Shown piece after piece: positions 58,950 through 64,000 of a stretch of 64,000 nucleotides of DNA. The notes below the pieces were generated by a model, which made no database searches, was not told where the DNA came from, and saw nothing but the letters and a program-made list of their open reading frames with translations. Position numbers and translations under genes: made by a program. The first letter of the stretch is position 1. Every line of letters starts with the position of its first letter. This DNA is from a virus: positions 1-64,000 of the IMG/VR virus record IMGVR_UViG_3300010401_000003. One strand, written 5' to 3'.

Positions 58950-60116
58950 TCACTTGCAGCCAAAACTTGCTGAAGTCCTTAGCTCTTTCGCCCGCTCCAT
59001 CTGCTCGACGACGCTCTTGGCCACGGCGGCAGCGAGCGCCGGCGGCATGGCTTGGCCGATTTGCGACCAGCGCGAAATCTTGGTTTTCCCCGCGAACATC
59101 CAATCCTCAGGGAATCCTTGAAGGATCGCGGCCGCGAGCTCGGAAAGCACGACGGCGTTTGGTTGCGAGAGGATCGATCCCGTTTCGGGGTGATGACCGG
59201 GCGGCGGCAGGGCGGCGCGCGTGGTCACGGTGGTCGCGGGGCGTTCCCAGGGCCATTCGCACATGGACGCGCCTTGGGAGACGCGGCCGCCGTTGCACTT
59301 GATCACGAAGGCCGGATCGTCGGCGCTCGAGATGGGGTGCCGCGGGTGAGCATCGAGCACGACGCGCTCGCGACCGGTGCGCGAAGCGGTGACAGTTTTC
59401 CCGGGCTGGTCGGGGACGTGCTCGCGGGTCGAGCCGTCTTTACCGCGGATGCGACCGCGGGTTTTGACGGTGCGACCGATTTTTGCGGGTGGCAGGTGTG
59501 AAAGCGCCTGTTTCACGGTCACCCACGGCTCGAGGCGCGCGACGCCCGGCAAACCGAGCAGATGCGGCGCGCAGTGGGAGCGCTCGGGCCAGCGGATGCA
59601 CGGCCCCGATTGGTGGCCAAACCAAAACGGCCGGACGCGGTGTTGAGGGACGCCGAAATCCGCGGCGTCGAGGCTCGCGTAGTCGAGCACGCAATAGTCC
59701 TGACCGCCGAGAAAGGTCCCGATGAGCGCCTGGACGATCGGCCAATTGTCGGCCGTGTCGAGGCCGGGGACGTTGCCGATCAGGTAAGCGTGGGGTCGGA
59801 GCGCCGCGATGATTTCGCAGGTCTCGCGCAGCATGTCGCGTTCGTCTTTGGGGCCTAGGCGTTTGCCGGCGAGCGAGTAGGGCGTGCACGGCGGATCGGC
59901 GACGATGAGATCGATCGGCGAGCTCGGCGACCAACCGGTTTTCACGAGCCGCAAGAGATCGCGCGCGTCCATTTGGATCGGCCGGTGGCCGAGGTTTTTT
60001 TCGTACGAGTCGCAAGCGTTGGGGTCTTTGTCGAACGCCCACGCAAACTCGACGCCCGCGCGGCGAAAGCCCTCGGCCATCCCGCCGGAGCAACAGAATA
60101 TTTCGAGCGCCTTCAT
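58950..60116 (-). CDS. DNA cytosine-5 methyltransferase (variant motifs)
   Basis: FCCSGG, DPPCTPYS, GVPQHRVR, LQGFP, QIGQAMPP; ENV motif reads GNV. Confidence 0.9.
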   Translation of the reverse strand: MKALEIFCCSGGMAEGFRRAGVEFAWAFDKDPNACDSYEKNLGHRPIQMDARDLLRLVKTGWSPSSPIDLIVADPPCTPYSLAGKRLGPKDERDMLRETCEIIAALRPHAYLIGNVPGLDTADNWPIVQALIGTFLGGQDYCVLDYASLDAADFGVPQHRVRPFWFGHQSGPCIRWPERSHCAPHLLGLPGVARLEPWVTVKQALSHLPPAKIGRTVKTRGRIRGKDGSTREHVPDQPGKTVTASRTGRERVVLDAHPRHPISSADDPAFVIKCNGGRVSQGASMCEWPWERPATTVTTRAALPPPGHHPETGSILSQPNAVVLSELAAAILQGFPEDWMFAGKTKISRWSQIGQAMPPALAAAVAKSVVEQMERAKELRTSASFGCK

Positions 60117-60120
60117 CTGC

Positions 60121-63100
60121 TCACCGCGTTCTCTCCTTCATGATTTCGCGTAAACGCGCCTCCGCTACTTCGCGCGTCAAGTACGCTTTGTCAGGCGGCA
60201 TGGGCAGCAATTGTCCGACGCCCACGATGACTAAGAGCTCGTCGTTGCTCTCGGACCACACCTCAGCCTCGAAGACCGCGGGGTCTCCGCCGTCTTCACG
60301 ACCGATCACGTAAACCCGGCGTCGGGTGTTCATGCTTGGGCGCCCTCTCGAATTTTTCGTGCTCACCGCGTTCTCCTTCAGTCGGCCGCCGGGTTTCTGC
60401 GAATTTCTTTGACTCGATATTCGGCGAGCCCGCGATACTCGCCTCGTTCGGGATCGAGAAGCTTTGGCCGCTCGTGCGTGCAGAGCCACCACCAACCCTC
60501 GCTGCTGTTCGGGGGACGGCTGGGGCAGCCAGTCACCTCGCAGATATGCGCGACGTGGGCGGCGCTCGCAGCTTGCAGCGCTTTCGCGTACTCCTCCGCC
60601 ATTTCGCCTTCATCGAAAACGGCCACGGGCCACGTCCGATAGTCGTCGTAGATGCCGCTCGAGCCGCTTACCAGATAAACCTTGCAGGCCATTATGCTTG
60701 CGCTCCTTCATGAAGTTGCACGCGCACGCGCGCCCAAAACCGTTGCTCCTCTTGCACGCAACCGACGACGCACCGGAGCATGCCCATGGCTTCCACCGCG
60801 TCTACTTCGCAAAGCCAAGGCGTCACCTCCTCGAACATCGCCGGGACGTCGTGCTGGAGCTCGACGATGAGCCCCGCGCGCTTTTCGATTTCCATGACGA
60901 TCACGGAGATGTCTTCGCCTACGCAGAAGAGGAATCCGAAGAGCTCAGTCAGGGGCTTTCCGTTTTCCTCGACTTGGGCGCAGAGAATTTCATGCGCGCT
61001 TTCGATGATGAGGTTGATCCACGTTTCGTCCGCGTCGCTCGCGTTGTCGGTCAGGCATTTCACCGCCATGGTCAGACCCTCACTGGCACCCAAAGCGGAA
61101 ACGACACCGCGCCATCGGTGGCGAGCCGGATCTTGTCCGCGAATTCGACGCTCACGCGCCGCTCGGGATCCTTCAGTTGCATCAAATGTCGGAAGTCGCG
61201 GTCGGACAGGCCCGCCTTCTTGGCAAACGCCGTGCGCGTCATTCCGTGGTCGCTGATCCAGCGGTCTAGGATGTCGTAAGCCAGGATTTGACAAGCCATG
61301 GGGCCTTCCCTCCGTGGGTACACCACTCGCGCAGTCCGCGCACGATCGCCTCGAGCTCGTGAATGCGCTCGAGCGGCGCGGCTTCAGCGTCGATTTGCGT
61401 GACGCTAACGTCCGCGCCCGGATGCCAGCACGCGGCTTCGGCCCACCAGGCGTGGCCGCGCATCGAGACGCAGAGCACACCAAACTCGTCCACTTCGGCT
61501 TCTACTTTCATCGTTCCCCTAACATGCGTTTGATTTCTTCCCAGGTATAGCCCGCGTGGCTGCCGAGGTAGCCGAGCGCGTAGGCGGCCCGCTCGGTCAA
61601 GCTTCCGTTGATGGCGAGCGCGACTCGACACGCGCGCCGAAACACGATGCGGCGGCTCGGCTTCGGCATGGTCCGTTTTTTCTTCCGGCGCCGCAGCCTC
61701 ACGTGCCGTCGAATCACTCGAGCCGCTCCACGTGGATGCGGTAGATCGGCGACCGCTTCTTTTCCTCGAAGACCACGCGCTTGCCGCGCTTTCGCTCGCG
61801 CGGAACGATCGCGCAGCCTTGCTTCGGATCAAACTCGGTGTGCCAGTAGGCGCCCGGGCCGAAAAGCTTGCGGAGCGCGAGCGTGCGCGCCTCGAGCCGA
61901 TCGTCGGCTTCCACTTGGCACTCGAGCGTCGATCCCTTCCGCTTCAGTTGGATGATAAACGTGCTCATGTCTCGGCCTTTCCCTTCGCCACTTCCGCTTC
62001 CAATGCGACCACGCGCGCCTCGAGCTCCTCGGCGGCTTTGGCGATGCCCACCAGAAGCGCGGCGAATCCCGAGGTCACGCCTTGCCGTTGCGCTTCACGC
62101 GCGTGCTGTTTGACTCGCTCCTCGAACGTCATCGGGTCACCTCGTTTCGGGGTTCGGAGCATTTCGTTATCCGATCCATAGCCACGTCTCCCCCGGGCTC
62201 AGCAATCCTCCCGATTCAAGCTCGGCCTCGAATTCGTCGATGTCGTGTGCTTCGGCTTCGTCCACGAGATAACGGGCAATCTTCTTGCCGATCGGGCAGT
62301 AGACGCCGCTCGAGGAGGCGTTCAGGCGGATCCAGACGCGGACGCGGGTTGCTTTCTTGATCGCGGCGCGGAGTTCGTCACCGGTCATCCGACGCCTATC
62401 TTGCAGATCGCCTCGAGCAAGTCGGCCGCGGTGTGGAAGTAGAGCGTCACGATCGGCTCGCCGTCGGGCGCGTACACGCCGAGCACGTAGCCGCTCGCCC
62501 CGTCGGCTTCGGTCACGAGCAAGTAATGCTGGCCGACCGAACGCGTCCACTCCGGGCCGCCCGCGCCGCAGCCGTACTCAAAGCCGCTTTCGCGTAACGC
62601 TTGGTCGTCGGGGATCACGACGCGGCCTCGATCGCGCGCCAGAGATCGACCAGCGTGGTCCGGTCGAGCTCGATCGAGTGCACGACCCCCTTTCTGTCAA
62701 ACACGTAGATCAGAAAGACGCGCTCACCGTTGACGGTCGAGCTCGTGACGGTCGCGTTTGCGTCAGGGCGTACGCCCATGGTGGCGGGCGGCCACGGCGC
62801 CGCGAGCGCGTCGAGCGCGTCGAGGATCTCCGGGATGTGATCGGCGGGCGAAACTATGTCTCGGCCGCTGCTTAGCAGGCGCGCGCTCGTGCGCTCTTTG
62901 ATGCGTTCGGAAATCTTTTTCATAGCGGATCCCAGATCCTTTCGATGAGGCGCACCATCGGAGCCCCACTGGCATCGCTGATTACGGCTGTCCGAGAAGG
63001 TGCGTGCCACTCGACCGAATCGAGCCCGCGCGGCGCGTAGATGCGGAGCACTGCTAGGGCGTGTTCGAGCTCGACGTGGGACGCCTCCCAAAACATCAGC

Positions 63101-63784
63101 ACAGTGCCGCCGTAGTCGATTTCCTCCCAGTCTTCGATCGGCTCCCCGGGCTTCCAATCGGCGTACGTCATACCGGGCGGAAGGATTTCCACGCCATAGC
63201 GCACCAAGCGCCGCTTCGCGTCTCGACGCGCCCTTAGTTCGGCCGACACGCGGGCGCCTCGCAGTGGAACCCGGCCACGCAATCGCAATCATGCGCGCAC
63301 GGCCAAGCGCATTTCCCATAGGTGAGATTGCAGCGATGTCCGCCGCAATCGTCGTCGCTATCGCACGCGAACGCCAACTCGGCCGGCACGACTTCGCAGA
63401 CCGAGTAAACGGGCTTGTAGCCGTCGGCCGAGGCGGCCGCGTCGGCCGCCTCCGTTCCATCGGGCGTGTTGATCGACGACGACGAGCAGGCCGCGAGCGC
63501 GAGCGCGACAAGCGCCGCGCGGATCACGGCCACACCCGACCTGTAACAGTCGCGTTGACGCCACCGAGTTGTTTTGCGCGCTTGGCCGCCGCAATCGCCG
63601 ACGTCCGCCGGTGAAATCCAAACTCCAGGTCCCGCCAGCCCTCCGTAAACGAAAACCCCGCTCCGTCGTGCCGACGTCCTACGGCCGCACAGATCGCCTT
63701 GTCTCGCTCGCGATCGAATCCTTTATATTCCACCATCACCGAGAACGGGGGCGGGGGCTTCCAGCGGACTTTCTGCTTTTTCAT
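60121..63784 (-). CDS. Cluster of ~13 small early-type hypothetical genes
   Basis: Abutting ATGA/GTGA-coupled ORFs, e.g. 60378..60692, 60692..61069, 61714..61968, 62385..62618, 62615..62923, 63524..63784. Confidence 0.6.
61072..61299 (-). CDS. Cro/XRE-like HTH regulator
   Basis: MTRTAFAKKAGLS..RRVSVEFADKIRLATDGAVS. Confidence 0.8.
   Translation of the reverse strand: MACQILAYDILDRWISDHGMTRTAFAKKAGLSDRDFRHLMQLKDPERRVSVEFADKIRLATDGAVSFPLWVPVRV
63234..63533 (-). CDS. Cys-rich lipoprotein of myxobacterial style
   Basis: Lipobox ALAAC; CDSDDDC..C..C..CAHDCDCVAGFHC. Confidence 0.75.
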   Translation of the reverse strand: MAVIRAALVALALAACSSSSINTPDGTEAADAAASADGYKPVYSVCEVVPAELAFACDSDDDCGGHRCNLTYGKCAWPCAHDCDCVAGFHCEAPACRPN

Positions 63785-64000
63785 TTGGGTTCCCCCACGA
63801 ACGTCTCGGCGATGCGCTCGGCCAATTGCCAGGCATTCCAGCCGGGGAAGCGTTGCCACGCGCCCGCGCTCGGAGACCAGCGAAAGCCGCTCGACTTGCA
63901 AAGCTTCCGGATTTCCTCGCTGGGCTTGCCCGGGAAGTAGATCCGGACGCGGTTTTCCTCTTCTGCGATGCGCACCTCGCCGATTTGCTTCGCTTTCGGC
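63781..64000 (-). CDS. C-terminus of a DUF3560-like mobile-element protein (partial)
   Basis: RVRIYFPGKPSEEIR..GFRWSPSAGAWQR. Confidence 0.65.
   Translation of the reverse strand, partial: PKAKQIGEVRIAEEENRVRIYFPGKPSEEIRKLCKSSGFRWSPSAGAWQRFPGWNAWQLAERIAETFVGEPK

Larger units (their letters stand above)
1..64000. mobile_element. Virus/provirus genome segment, probably a tailless membrane-containing virus with rolling-circle replication
   Basis: Phage-like gene density and overlaps, HUH Rep, endolysins, fibre repeats, ASCH/HNH/MTase accessory genes; no host housekeeping genes; no Caudoviricetes head-tail hallmark recognised. Confidence 0.8.

Noticed and set aside
1-64000. tRNA, rRNA or structured ncRNA genes
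   Set aside because: None recognised by eye and intergenic space is minimal; a tRNAscan/Infernal run would be needed to exclude them

Overview
This window looks entirely viral. It is high-GC, densely packed and full of ATGA/TGATG gene overlaps, with no host housekeeping genes, rRNA, tRNA or CRISPR array seen. Small early-type genes run inward from both ends (+ strand 1-10.8 kb, - strand from 64 kb) and converge near 10.8 kb, which suggests most of a circular genome. I found no terminase, portal, HK97 capsid, tape measure, sheath, DNA polymerase or Walker-A packaging ATPase. Present instead are an HUH rolling-circle Rep, beta-rich jelly-roll-like capsid candidates, an Arg-rich membrane LysM protein, a transglutaminase-like Cys protease with a dead paralog, fibre/spike genes, three muralytic enzymes, a sugar synthesis/glycosylation cluster (gmd, 3 methyltransferases, 3 glycosyltransferase genes), a catalytically degenerate tyrosine recombinase and a non-canonical C5 methyltransferase. 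My best inference is a large tailless, membrane-containing bacterial virus, probably of a myxobacterial host. The most striking signal is a set of short peptide tags shared across the structural genes: (1) an N-terminal Mx(2-4)W...LG leader on about 11 mostly C-terminally anchored membrane proteins that lack Sec signals; (2) a ~35-aa D-x-x-K-x(4)-QLQLxSPxGxW N-terminal module on five fibre/spike proteins; (3) repeated (E/A/S)N(P/A) motifs in basic tails. All calls come from reading motifs by eye; no database search was run.
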